The notes: a model not told the origin generated them from the sequence alone. 64,000 bases of DNA from Bdellovibrio sp. (GCA_036677065.1 JAKFBS010000003.1:224001-288000); one strand, 5' to 3'; counted from the first letter of the stretch, positions 29,960 through 39,528 are shown. A program made the numbers and translations.

Positions 29960-31156
29960 TTAAGGTGGCACTACAATTTGTGGCGTGTTGTAAGTTCCTG
30001 AGAAAATGCCAATACCAAGTTGGCCATTATTATTCGAGCCCCAGCACTTCATCGTTTTTGTTGCGGTAATACCGCAAGTATGAGTGCCGCCAGCAGAAAC
30101 AGAAACGTAAGCTGTACCCGAATCAATGATCACCGGAGAAGTCCGGCCTGTTGTTGAGTTGTCACCTAATTGTCCGTTCGCGTTTTCGCCCCAGCATTTT
30201 AATACACCAGTTGTTGTAATTGCACAGCTCGAGTCATCAGCGACTGAAACTGTGCTATAGACTGTGCCTGCATCAATAATATATGGCGTACTTCTGGTGC
30301 CTGGGAGTGCGCCGCCGTCGCCGAGTTGTCCGTTGGCATCGGTTCCCCAACATTTTAAAACACCACTCATCGTAATGGCGCAACTGTGGTAAAGCCCCAA
30401 TGACACCGAGGCATAAGCGGTTGCACCATCAATTGTAACTGGTAAAAATCTTTGCGTGAAGGTGCCATCACCTAATTGGCTATTGTCGTTCAGACCCCAA
30501 CATTTTAAAATGTGACCAGTTGTTATCCCACAGGTATGAAATGCGCCGACAGCCACAGTCTTATAGCTAACACCTGAATCAATTGTGATTGGAGAATTTT
30601 TTTGTACCGTGGTGCCATCACCTAAATTGCCATCTAAATTATATCCCCAACATCTCAGCGCATTGTCTCTAGCGATGGCGCAAGTATGGCGGTACTGAGA
30701 TTTTACAAATTTGTAGCGCGTAGTCGGATCGACAACTTGCGGAGTATAACTTGCGCCGCCGCTACTGTCGCCGGTTCCAAGTTTTCCGTAAATGTTATCG
30801 CCCCAGCTCATCAGCACGCCGGTCAGGGTAATTCCATAGGTTGTTCCGTACGAACTTCCTGCCGCAGACCGGGCCGTATCTAATTGAATAAAGCCCGAGC
30901 GAATCGGTATTGGCTTAACACTTCCGCTCGTAGTGTTGTTACCAATTTGTCCTGCAGAATTGGAGCCCCAACAGTTGGCCCAACCTAATTCATTAAGACT
31001 ACAGGTGTATAAACCACTGGGCGACATGTAACTAATGACTTTCGGTTTTCCGATGTGATGCGAGGTATGCATGCCCCCCGGCGAGGCAAAAGTAAATTGA
31101 CTCACTAACAGGATCAGCGTGCTCATTAAAAAATGAAAAGAGATTTTCAAATTCAT
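29960..31156 (-). CDS. secreted RCC1/BLIP-II-repeat beta-propeller protein
   Basis: Signal peptide, about 7 repeats of H.C.I...G.LKCWG.N..GQLG. Confidence 0.88.
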   Translation of the reverse strand: MNLKISFHFLMSTLILLVSQFTFASPGGMHTSHHIGKPKVISYMSPSGLYTCSLNELGWANCWGSNSAGQIGNNTTSGSVKPIPIRSGFIQLDTARSAAGSSYGTTYGITLTGVLMSWGDNIYGKLGTGDSSGGASYTPQVVDPTTRYKFVKSQYRHTCAIARDNALRCWGYNLDGNLGDGTTVQKNSPITIDSGVSYKTVAVGAFHTCGITTGHILKCWGLNDNSQLGDGTFTQRFLPVTIDGATAYASVSLGLYHSCAITMSGVLKCWGTDANGQLGDGGALPGTRSTPYIIDAGTVYSTVSVADDSSCAITTTGVLKCWGENANGQLGDNSTTGRTSPVIIDSGTAYVSVSAGGTHTCGITATKTMKCWGSNNNGQLGIGIFSGTYNTPQIVVPP

Positions 31157-31158
31157 AA

Positions 31159-34100
31159 TTATTGATAGCCTGGTGTCCAGCTAATGTAACAATCCCAGTT
31201 AACACCGTTTTTCACAGTGACAACACCAAACATCGTTCTGGTGCCTGGAACAGTCTGTGAATTTGCCGGAGCATAATAAGAAGTCGTGCAACCAGCAAAT
31301 GTATAGGCGCGCGCCACGGGGTCAGTCACGATAACTGTGTATGTACCACCCTCAACAATATTATTAAGGGTGATGGCACTGCCACCGACAGAATTTAAAA
31401 TAAACATATTCGAAAGTGATAAATCAAGTACGCTGCCAGTGGCTATGACTTGCGGTTTGCTGACAATGGCGCCGGCAACATGAAGTTTAGCTTGTGGAGT
31501 AGGAGTGCCGATTCCGATGTTACCATTATTTGTTACAGTCATCCGCACTTGTCCTGTAGTCGTCGCATTGGGAACTGTAACTAATCGAATTTCTGAACCT
31601 TGATTGCTATCGGAGTGCGTTTCTGTACTAAAGATCTCAATCCCGCTGTATCCCACAGGGTTAACGCCATTCGAAGCATTGAAATAAGCCAAGCGATCGC
31701 CACCCAGCGGAAACGAAGGCAACGAAGCTGTGCCTCTGGCTCTGAACCCAGCAAAGCCTCCGGCAACATATGAATTAGCAGAGCTATATGCGTTTGAACT
31801 AATTGTCGCGTAATCATCATTACTAACTTGTAATCTACTTGTTGGATTACTGGTGCCAATACCTACGTTACCGTTAGAACTCACTCGTACCCGTTCGGCC
31901 ATTGTGCCATTAGAATTTGTCGCGATAGTTAAATAACTATTAATTGCTGTACCAAGATTTGTTTCTGCATAACCACTCACGGCAACAAGATTGGCGTAAG
32001 CAGATCCGGTGTAGCCATCCCATCTTAGGTTTCCGATATTTTCATTCGCTAGCAGGGGAGTGGGAGCTCCCGCATTTCCTTTTGCTTTCTGAAGTGCGAG
32101 CGCCGGCGTGTTGTTGCCGTATGTATTTATCTGAATGTCATCTTTTGTTGCCGGGCCATTGTCATTCACTAAATTTAAACCTGCAGTAGGTGATAAGGTA
32201 CCCATACCTATGTAACCATCATTTTGCACCATTAAGACTGAACCAGAAGCTGTATTCACATTCAGCGCGTATTGTGCAGCGCTTGTACCAGCCACATCAA
32301 TTCTTACGCCGTAGCCGTTAGCAGATGTATTAACAAATTTAGCGACTTGTGAAGGTGTATTGCCTTCAACTGATAATTTAACATTCGTTAATACGGCAGA
32401 AGTTCCGATCGCCGTATTACTTACAGTGTAATAACCATTTGCATGCGTTAACCAAGGGGAGCCGCCATTAGTTAAAGGTAATACTCCGGTAACTTCGGCC
32501 GTTGCTAAATTTACAGAATTTTTTGTCGCTAAAGTTCCTAAACCTAAATTAGCGCGAGCTGATCCGCTTGAAGTAACATCAGATAAATTATTTGCTGATT
32601 GTAAGGCCTGAACAATGCGAGCATCGTTACCCTGAGCTACAGTGCCAGAGCTTGTGCCAAAATTTACAGATAAAGTTCCTGAAGTAGAAATCACTCCACC
32701 AAGTAATCCCATTCCGGCATTAACATTTGTGACTGTTCCCACTGTGGTATTTGTTGGTACCCATTGTGAACCATTGTAAGCAAGTACTTGTGATGAGGTC
32801 GGCATCGTTGCAGAAATAGTTACGCCGCGAAGTTTAGCTACAGTCAGTGTGTTTGAAGAGGCAGTGCTTATCACATCGCCAGCAAAGGCCGGCAATCTTG
32901 CGTTAGCTAATATTCCGGTAGCACTTGCTGAACTTAAATCTACAGTGTTAGCAGTCGCAAAACTTCCTAAACCTAAATTCGTACGTGCTGTTATAATATT
33001 GGCAACGTCAGATAAATTATTTACTGATTGCAGAGCCTGAACAAGGCGCGTGTCATTACCCGCAGCTACTGTTCCAGATGATGTGCCAAAATTTACTGAT
33101 AAAGTTCCAGAAGAAGTAATCGGTCCGCCTGATAAGCCAGCTCCGGCCATGACAGTCGTTACACTTCCTGTAGGTGCATTTGCAGGAGTCCAATTTCCAC
33201 CCACGAAGGCCAGAATTTGATTTGCTGAGGGCGCTGTCGCAGAAATATTAAAGCCGCGAAGTTTAGTCACCGTCACCGTGCTTGAACCCGTCACCGTAGT
33301 CACATCACCATTGAAAGAAGGTAAGCGACCTGTTGGCAAAGTGCCCGAAGTAATATTGGCTGCATTGATTGCCGTTACTTGACTGGCATCTACTGAAGGT
33401 AGACGTGCAGAAGCATCAAGTTTAACGATTTGATTTGCTCCAGATCCAGAATTTAAAGTTAGAATTGGCGCGCTTGAACCAGATACAACACTGATATCTG
33501 AATTTGCGCTTGATACAGCTGTTACTGTTCCAACATTTGCAGGAATCGTCATTGGTGACCATGCAACACCATTATAATAAAGAATTTGTCCTGATACAGG
33601 TGCTGTTGCCGCAAGAGTTACCCCGCGAAGTCCTTGCACTATTGCCGATGCAGAACCTGCAGCTGTTGAAATATCGCCAGAAAAACTTGGTAAGTTTGCC
33701 GCAGGTAATGTTCCAAGTGTTGTTGAAATTTCTGCTGCTGTCATGCTTGAATTTGTCCAAGTTAAACTGCCTGATGCTGATTTTGATAAAAATTGTCCAG
33801 CAGTGCCACTATATAAAAGCGTGTTGGTGTCGTTCGAAACTTCGATAAATTCAGCTGCATTTTTACCATTTAACATTGTGGCATTATGAGCGTAAGGAAC
33901 AGTACCAAGTTTAATCGTCGCTGAAATATTTTGGGCGGCATAATAAACCTGAGCAAGACGTGTATCCCCAGGCAGCACTGTACAGTTGTTGCTGGCAAAA
34001 CTTGTTGATCCTGTAACCGTTCCGAAAAAAATATTTTGGGTAAAACTGTTCGGTGAACCCACGATTTGTGATCCTCCACCAATACGGTGAATGATATTGC

Positions 34101-34344
34101 CTTGGCTATCGCCACTGGCTGAAGAAGTTTCGCCGTATAAGTAACAGCCGTTGGCCGACACGTAAAAAGTTAATTGAGCCCCTGCTAAATCAATTGGACT
34201 TCCGCTGGTATCAGTAAGACTTCCTTCAAAAACAATTTGTTGATTTTCTAAAGACTGTGCGAATGTTGGCTTACAGAATAGCAAAGACAATGCTATCGCC
34301 GTGAATTTTCTAATAAAATTTCTTTTGCCAACGTGCTGGTTCAT
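31159..34344 (-). CDS. MAT-like secreted fibre/adhesin, 1061 aa
   Basis: Same N-domain as the 684-aa paralogue; GTVT.V, GDV, GNVGIGT repeats; tail-fibre-type C-terminal domain. Confidence 0.82.
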   Translation of the reverse strand: MNQHVGKRNFIRKFTAIALSLLFCKPTFAQSLENQQIVFEGSLTDTSGSPIDLAGAQLTFYVSANGCYLYGETSSASGDSQGNIIHRIGGGSQIVGSPNSFTQNIFFGTVTGSTSFASNNCTVLPGDTRLAQVYYAAQNISATIKLGTVPYAHNATMLNGKNAAEFIEVSNDTNTLLYSGTAGQFLSKSASGSLTWTNSSMTAAEISTTLGTLPAANLPSFSGDISTAAGSASAIVQGLRGVTLAATAPVSGQILYYNGVAWSPMTIPANVGTVTAVSSANSDISVVSGSSAPILTLNSGSGANQIVKLDASARLPSVDASQVTAINAANITSGTLPTGRLPSFNGDVTTVTGSSTVTVTKLRGFNISATAPSANQILAFVGGNWTPANAPTGSVTTVMAGAGLSGGPITSSGTLSVNFGTSSGTVAAGNDTRLVQALQSVNNLSDVANIITARTNLGLGSFATANTVDLSSASATGILANARLPAFAGDVISTASSNTLTVAKLRGVTISATMPTSSQVLAYNGSQWVPTNTTVGTVTNVNAGMGLLGGVISTSGTLSVNFGTSSGTVAQGNDARIVQALQSANNLSDVTSSGSARANLGLGTLATKNSVNLATAEVTGVLPLTNGGSPWLTHANGYYTVSNTAIGTSAVLTNVKLSVEGNTPSQVAKFVNTSANGYGVRIDVAGTSAAQYALNVNTASGSVLMVQNDGYIGMGTLSPTAGLNLVNDNGPATKDDIQINTYGNNTPALALQKAKGNAGAPTPLLANENIGNLRWDGYTGSAYANLVAVSGYAETNLGTAINSYLTIATNSNGTMAERVRVSSNGNVGIGTSNPTSRLQVSNDDYATISSNAYSSANSYVAGGFAGFRARGTASLPSFPLGGDRLAYFNASNGVNPVGYSGIEIFSTETHSDSNQGSEIRLVTVPNATTTGQVRMTVTNNGNIGIGTPTPQAKLHVAGAIVSKPQVIATGSVLDLSLSNMFILNSVGGSAITLNNIVEGGTYTVIVTDPVARAYTFAGCTTSYYAPANSQTVPGTRTMFGVVTVKNGVNWDCYISWTPGYQ
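32467..33324 (-). repeat. tandem internal duplication, 2 x 429 bp (143 aa)
   Basis: LPSFNGDV...SGTLSVNFGTSSGTVA..NNLSDV..AR.NLGLG unit repeated; GTGCCAAAATTTAC at 32654 and 33083. Confidence 0.85.
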
Positions 34345-34353
34345 TCAGAGTAT

Positions 34354-34381
34354 TTATCGGAATTTTTAGACGAAAAGTTTA
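34354..34381 (-). promoter_or_regulatory. sigma28/FliA-like promoter
   Basis: - strand TAAA-N16-TCCGATAA, ATG 9 nt downstream. Confidence 0.7.
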
Positions 34382-34428
34382 ACACCTTACTCGAAGAAAA
34401 ATGTATTCATTTGAGAATTTCTTAACAA

Positions 34429-35013
34429 CTACTTGATACGGATTGCTGCTTTTAAAATAAAGTTTGTACCGGAGGTGACTCCGGCTGATGAAATCAAACG
34501 ACCACGTAAAACCGCAGGTGTACCGCTTACAGTGACGTTGGCAATAACACTACCTGCCGTCATTTGTAAATCACCAGAGTTCGTCACCATACGACGCAGA
34601 TTTTGCACGACGGTGGCCCCGAAATCACTCATACCGCGTAATTTAATATCTCGGTAAGAACTATTTGCCGGAATATCAAAGGCAGTGGTGTTGTTCGGGT
34701 TAATTTTATAAGAAAATGTGCCGCTGCTGGCGCAACTTTGCGTAAAACTTTCGGCATATTGACCTAGCGTAATATAAGTTCCGCCATTGTCAAAGCTGAC
34801 TTCAACATCCTTGATTGCGCCAAAACATTTTCCCGAAATATAAAAAATACTTTTACTGCTTTTACTTTTTAAAATTTGTGTGGTTTCATTCACTTCAAAG
34901 CCACTGACTTCACCAAGAACTGTAACGATAGGTGCGCCAGGCTGACAGGCCATTAAGCTGAGCAGCGAAGTTGAAAGTAAAATGTATTTCAAGTTTAATA
35001 TTTTCATATTCAT
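34429..35013 (-). CDS. hypothetical lipoprotein (Ig-like beta content)
   Basis: Lipobox LMAC; 5-nt gap after the 852-aa fibre gene. Confidence 0.7.
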   Translation of the reverse strand: MNMKILNLKYILLSTSLLSLMACQPGAPIVTVLGEVSGFEVNETTQILKSKSSKSIFYISGKCFGAIKDVEVSFDNGGTYITLGQYAESFTQSCASSGTFSYKINPNNTTAFDIPANSSYRDIKLRGMSDFGATVVQNLRRMVTNSGDLQMTAGSVIANVTVSGTPAVLRGRLISSAGVTSGTNFILKAAIRIK

Positions 35014-35018
35014 TTCAC

Positions 35019-37565
35019 CTATTCATAACAACAGCGGTAATTTTTAGAGTTGTTAATATAATCTGCATCAGTTTGGCGTCCATTGTATGTTGGCACGCCA
35101 CCATTGTTGGGTTCGATGTGACAGGTTGATAAATTACTTGAGCTATAAGAAACGTAAATATTTTTCGGATAGTTCGCAGAACCACCTACTGGAATAGAAT
35201 TTGAGGTCCAGTGAAAAATTCCATTATTTAAATTATTTAGAGTCGGCGAAATTGAATTATAACTTTCGCAGGCTAAATCTAATTGAATCGTTGTGCATAG
35301 TTTTGCTTTAGATCCACTGCTTGGGTTGCGGTTAAAACAAGTGTTGCTGGCATTTACATATGACTGAGGAGAAACAACATTTGTATCCATGCAAAAGGCA
35401 GAGGGAGTTCCGGCCGTGCCGACCATCGAATAACCACCATCACAATAAGTAACACCAGTTAAGCCGCGCCAGTTTACCCCATCACAAAATTCCATCGCCT
35501 TGTAAGTTGAATTGTAACGTTGTTTTCCCTCTTGGCCAGAACAACCATGAGCCGTGTTACTGCCATCGCTACCAATGCGCACACTTCCACTAACTGCGAT
35601 ATTGTTCGAAGAATAAAGTCCTGATTGATCGATATAAAGTTTAGGTGTCATCGTACCCGAAGAATCTTTTGTTCCAATAAATATTCCAGCTTGTGAAGAT
35701 CCGTTGGCCGCATTCACCCATTGTGTGGCAATCATAGCTTGGCCTTGCATAGTTTTAGCGCTGTCTTCTGCCATAAATAGCATTGATGATCCAAAGCCAT
35801 TTTGTGGAGTTGAGCTTGCTGGTAAACGACGAGATAACGATAAAACCGGCAGTGTTGTGTTATGGGCTGAATTATCCCACTGTTCAAAAATAGACACAGG
35901 ATTTGATGCGCCATTAGTATTTTTCACAAAAAGTTTTGTTCCCGAATTTGGAAATGTATTGCTTCCGATAGTTACATTGCCCGTATTAAAATACATATCT
36001 GAACTCATTGTTTGCCAGCGAGAATTAATCTGACCTTGTAGTTTACTAACTGCCTGCAATACATTGTCCGCAGCAACAACTGTTGTGTCTGAACCTGATG
36101 AGAAACCTGTTAAATTACCAATTTTACTGAGTGCAATATCACCATTCGCTAAATTTAATTTAGCTGCAGTAATAGTCGTATTTGAAATATCTGCGTCGGT
36201 AATTGTTGAATCAAGAATTTTTGCACTCGTCACAGCTCCTGAGGCGATTATTGGAGATGGATATGTGCCGGTTAAATCTCCGCTTGCGGCCCCAACTGGT
36301 GAAGCACCACCACCAATAATAGATAGGCCTTGCCAAGAAGCTCCATTACAGAATTCCATAGACCCGCTGTTATAACGAAATGATCCAGCAAAAATTGCAG
36401 TACAAGTTTCACCACCATTGCCGATTCTAATTGAACCAGCTACATCTAATCGGGTGATTGGAGCATTATGCCCTACACCCATATCTCCTAAGATATTTGT
36501 ATCTCCAGTGAAATCAGCACCGGCTAAATTTGCAGGTGTGTATCCTAATGCGGTGACAACATGTGATGCTTGTAGATTTAAATCAACTGTTATGGCGCCT
36601 GGTCCAGCGGATACGGTAAGGCCACCGGTGCCAATTAACACTCTATATTCAAGGGCTGTCCCATTACTGTTAACACCCAGAATTTGATTGGGATCGCCGA
36701 TAGAAGCCATACCGATACCACCGCGAGTAGTTGGTAAAACTCCAGAGGTAATTTTATCTGCTCCGTGATTTGGAATATCGCTGGCGACAAGAGCACTTGA
36801 AGAAATCACACGACCTTTAGAATCAACGGTTACTTTTGTATAAGTTCCTGACGTCACAACATCAGGAAGTCTTGCTGAAGCTAAAGTTCCTGTAGCTGAA
36901 GCAGTTCCTAAATCAATTGAAGAAACTCCGCCACTGGCTGCAGCCGGAAGATTTATCCAAGAAAAACCATTGGCACCGGCGCGGCTTAACACTTGGCCTG
37001 TTGTTCCGCCACTTACGCTCGAAGTTGAAATGAAATCAGCGTCTGATTTTCCGTTTAATGAATTCGCATTATTTGCGAATTGTGAATATGGCGTTGATCC
37101 CATGATGATTGAGCCTGTTACATCTAGAACTGCCGAATACACATCGACATAGCGGGTCGCTGCCGCAGCCACCGAACAACTATTGCCCGAGCCATCGGCT
37201 AATTTACCCGAAGTCGCACCGCTGAAAATAGAATTTGAAACTACATTGTTATACGTAACCGGAGAAACCACAGCGTTACCACTTCCGTAGCGGTGAAAAA
37301 TATCGCCAGCTGAGTTTCCAGACGTTGTCGACGACTCGGCGTAAAGAATACATTTGCGAGCCATAGTATCAAACGCCGTGATGTAATAAAATAACTGCTG
37401 GCTATTTAAATCGATGGCATTGCCGCTGTCGTCGGTCAGTGAGCCTTCAAAAACCATTTGCTGATTTTCACTTGATTGCGCGAACAAGGATTGACACAGC
37501 AACAGCGACAAAAGTGCCGCTGCAATTCGTTTGAATAAAAATAGGTTCATGAAATGAACAATCAT
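35019..37565 (-). CDS. MAT-like secreted fibre/adhesin with C-type-lectin/FGE-like tip
   Basis: Shared N-domain; GTYTKVTVDSKGRV, GDLTGTYPSP repeats; C-terminal C..GY.MV..FCMD..A...C..KLCT..AC..W..YRCC; start uncertain (37577/37565/37550). Confidence 0.8.
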   Translation of the reverse strand: MIVHFMNLFLFKRIAAALLSLLLCQSLFAQSSENQQMVFEGSLTDDSGNAIDLNSQQLFYYITAFDTMARKCILYAESSTTSGNSAGDIFHRYGSGNAVVSPVTYNNVVSNSIFSGATSGKLADGSGNSCSVAAAATRYVDVYSAVLDVTGSIIMGSTPYSQFANNANSLNGKSDADFISTSSVSGGTTGQVLSRAGANGFSWINLPAAASGGVSSIDLGTASATGTLASARLPDVVTSGTYTKVTVDSKGRVISSSALVASDIPNHGADKITSGVLPTTRGGIGMASIGDPNQILGVNSNGTALEYRVLIGTGGLTVSAGPGAITVDLNLQASHVVTALGYTPANLAGADFTGDTNILGDMGVGHNAPITRLDVAGSIRIGNGGETCTAIFAGSFRYNSGSMEFCNGASWQGLSIIGGGASPVGAASGDLTGTYPSPIIASGAVTSAKILDSTITDADISNTTITAAKLNLANGDIALSKIGNLTGFSSGSDTTVVAADNVLQAVSKLQGQINSRWQTMSSDMYFNTGNVTIGSNTFPNSGTKLFVKNTNGASNPVSIFEQWDNSAHNTTLPVLSLSRRLPASSTPQNGFGSSMLFMAEDSAKTMQGQAMIATQWVNAANGSSQAGIFIGTKDSSGTMTPKLYIDQSGLYSSNNIAVSGSVRIGSDGSNTAHGCSGQEGKQRYNSTYKAMEFCDGVNWRGLTGVTYCDGGYSMVGTAGTPSAFCMDTNVVSPQSYVNASNTCFNRNPSSGSKAKLCTTIQLDLACESYNSISPTLNNLNNGIFHWTSNSIPVGGSANYPKNIYVSYSSSNLSTCHIEPNNGGVPTYNGRQTDADYINNSKNYRCCYE

Positions 37566-37573
37566 CAGTACAT

Positions 37574-37601
37574 TCATCGGGTTAGTTGCCTTAAATGTTT
37601 A
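37574..37601 (-). promoter_or_regulatory. sigma28/FliA-like promoter
   Basis: - strand TAAA-N16-CCCGATGA, in-frame ATG (37565) 8 nt downstream. Confidence 0.6.
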
Positions 37602-37647
37602 ATACTTTAGTCAGATATTGAAGGATTAAACTGGACGTTGACCCAAT

Positions 37648-37674
37648 TCAAGACAAAGGGGTTTCTGCCGATAC
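37648..37674 (+). promoter_or_regulatory. sigma28/FliA-like promoter (divergent)
   Basis: TCAA-N15-GCCGATAC upstream of the FecR-domain operon. Confidence 0.65.
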
Positions 37675-37727
37675 CATATTGAGAAAATGAGTGAATTTAT
37701 TTAACGGAATAAATAAATAGGGATTTT

Positions 37728-39515
37728 GTGAACGAACAAGTACGTCGGTTTTTAATGGCAGGGATGATATCAGCGATAAGCTTAGGCTTAGTCGTTGGCT
37801 GGTATTATTTTTCTGAACCAGAAAATAAAAACAACACAAATCAACAACCTATAGCCGTAGTAAAACAAATTAAAGAAGAAGTTGATCGCAGACCTGCTAA
37901 GCGCCAAGTTTGGCAAGCGATCGTCAATGGTGAGCCGGTTTATTCAGGCGAAGCCATTCGTACCGCAAAAGGCAGTGAAGTTAAAATTCAATTCTTAGAT
38001 GGCAGCCGCACGATTGATATCGAACCAGAATCTATCGTTATGATTTTACAAAGTGCCAATAAAGAATTCTCTCTTGATCTTATGGAAGGGGGAGCTTCGG
38101 TTATCGCTGATAAAGCTGATGCGGGTAAGTTCAACTTAATCCAAAATGGTAAATCTGTAGAACTAAAAGGGGCAGCAACTCTTTCTAAATCAGGTACAGG
38201 CGGTTTAGAAATTCAAAGCGATGATTCAGGTGCTGGTGGTAATCCGTTTTTTGCAACGATGAATGACAATCGTCTTTCTGGATTTAAAATGGTTCAGCCG
38301 TTAAAAGATAAATCGGCGCTGATTGATACAAATAAACCGACAGTAGACATGATCTGGGCGGGTGTTCCCACGGGATTTAAAACAAGAATTGAGATCGGTA
38401 CTGAAAGAAATAAATTAGATAAAGTATTTGAAACGAATGGTCTGCAATTTGAATTAAATTTAGCCAGTGGTTTTTATTTCTATAAATTATATTTCACAAA
38501 TCCAGCGACTGGCCAAGTTGTTGGTGAATCAAAATTACAGCGTTTAAAAATTAATGAACGTAAATTTCCGGTTTTTGTAAGTCCGACGGCAAACCAATTT
38601 ATTCAGATCGTGAATCAATCGGCAAATCCAAAGTATAAAATGTTATTTGATTGGACCGAAGGCGAATTTGTAACTAAATACTTAATTGAAGTAGCAACCG
38701 ATAGTTCTTTAAAAAATAAAATCATTAATCAAGCGTTAACGAAAAAAGCTGGCTTTGAACAAGAATTATCACCGGGCGAATATTATGTGCGTATGTCAGC
38801 GATGTTTGAAGGCGAGACAAAACCTGTTTCTGGTAAGATCGAAAAATTCACGATCAGTTTAAATCGCAAGATTGACCCGTCAACGATTGGTATAAACTTA
38901 ATTTCCTGGGGCGAAGATGCAGAACAGCAGTTCTATATCAATCAGCCAGAACTTGAAATGACGTGGAAATCAGAATTAGGTAAAAAGATTTCTGAATTTC
39001 GCATTAAATTACAAAATAGTGATGATCCCTATGCGCCGGCACAAGAAGTGCGTAGCCGTGATTTAAAAACAAAAACAAAAGTTTTTAAACCAGGTCGCTA
39101 CATCGCAAGTATTCAAGGTGTCGATCAGGGCGAAAACGTTGTTGCGAACTCACAAAAAAGATTTTTTGTCGTTAAAGAATTAGATATGGTTAAACCACCG
39201 GTAATTATAGGTGAACCTGTATTACAAGCTTCTAAAGATGGCGCCCTAACTATTAAATGGAATTTAGCGACTGGCGCGTATAAGTATAAAATTCGTCTAT
39301 TAGATGAATTAGGACAACAAGTTTACGGAAGATTAATCGAATCAGCACAGGCTGAATCGGCAAGTTTAACAGATTTAATGCCAGGTTTGTATCTGGTCGA
39401 ATTAGCCGGCGTGGATATGTTAGGAAGAACTGGCGAAGTGGCGCAACGTAAAATAGATGTACCGGCAATAAGTAGCTTAGGGGCTCCGAAAATTAAAAAA
39501 TTAAAAGTGAAATAA
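37728..39515 (+). CDS. membrane-anchored FecR-domain protein with Ig/FN3-like repeats
   Basis: N-terminal TM; GEPVYSGEAIRT..GSEVKIQFLDGS.TIDIEPES FecR pattern; repeated W...Y.I/V..PG.Y beta-sandwich units. Confidence 0.75.
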   Translation: MNEQVRRFLMAGMISAISLGLVVGWYYFSEPENKNNTNQQPIAVVKQIKEEVDRRPAKRQVWQAIVNGEPVYSGEAIRTAKGSEVKIQFLDGSRTIDIEPESIVMILQSANKEFSLDLMEGGASVIADKADAGKFNLIQNGKSVELKGAATLSKSGTGGLEIQSDDSGAGGNPFFATMNDNRLSGFKMVQPLKDKSALIDTNKPTVDMIWAGVPTGFKTRIEIGTERNKLDKVFETNGLQFELNLASGFYFYKLYFTNPATGQVVGESKLQRLKINERKFPVFVSPTANQFIQIVNQSANPKYKMLFDWTEGEFVTKYLIEVATDSSLKNKIINQALTKKAGFEQELSPGEYYVRMSAMFEGETKPVSGKIEKFTISLNRKIDPSTIGINLISWGEDAEQQFYINQPELEMTWKSELGKKISEFRIKLQNSDDPYAPAQEVRSRDLKTKTKVFKPGRYIASIQGVDQGENVVANSQKRFFVVKELDMVKPPVIIGEPVLQASKDGALTIKWNLATGAYKYKIRLLDELGQQVYGRLIESAQAESASLTDLMPGLYLVELAGVDMLGRTGEVAQRKIDVPAISSLGAPKIKKLKVK

Positions 39516-39528
39516 AAAATTAAGCAAC

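Noticed and set aside
29960..31156. Periodic DNA repeats (CCCCAACATTTTAA-like) as a CRISPR array
   Set aside because: They encode in-frame RCC1 LKCWG repeats with ~150-bp spacing; no cas genes
34403..34417. Additional GTCTCA-N3-TGAGAC copy (GTATTC-ATT-TGAGAA)
   Set aside because: Position is analogous to the 29942 site but only one half-site matches; not counted
35019..35150. Complete diversity-generating retroelement
   Set aside because: No reverse transcriptase or template repeat seen in the window
27831..37577. Prophage tail region
   Set aside because: Fibre genes carry signal peptides and host-type promoters; no capsid, terminase, baseplate or integrase genes
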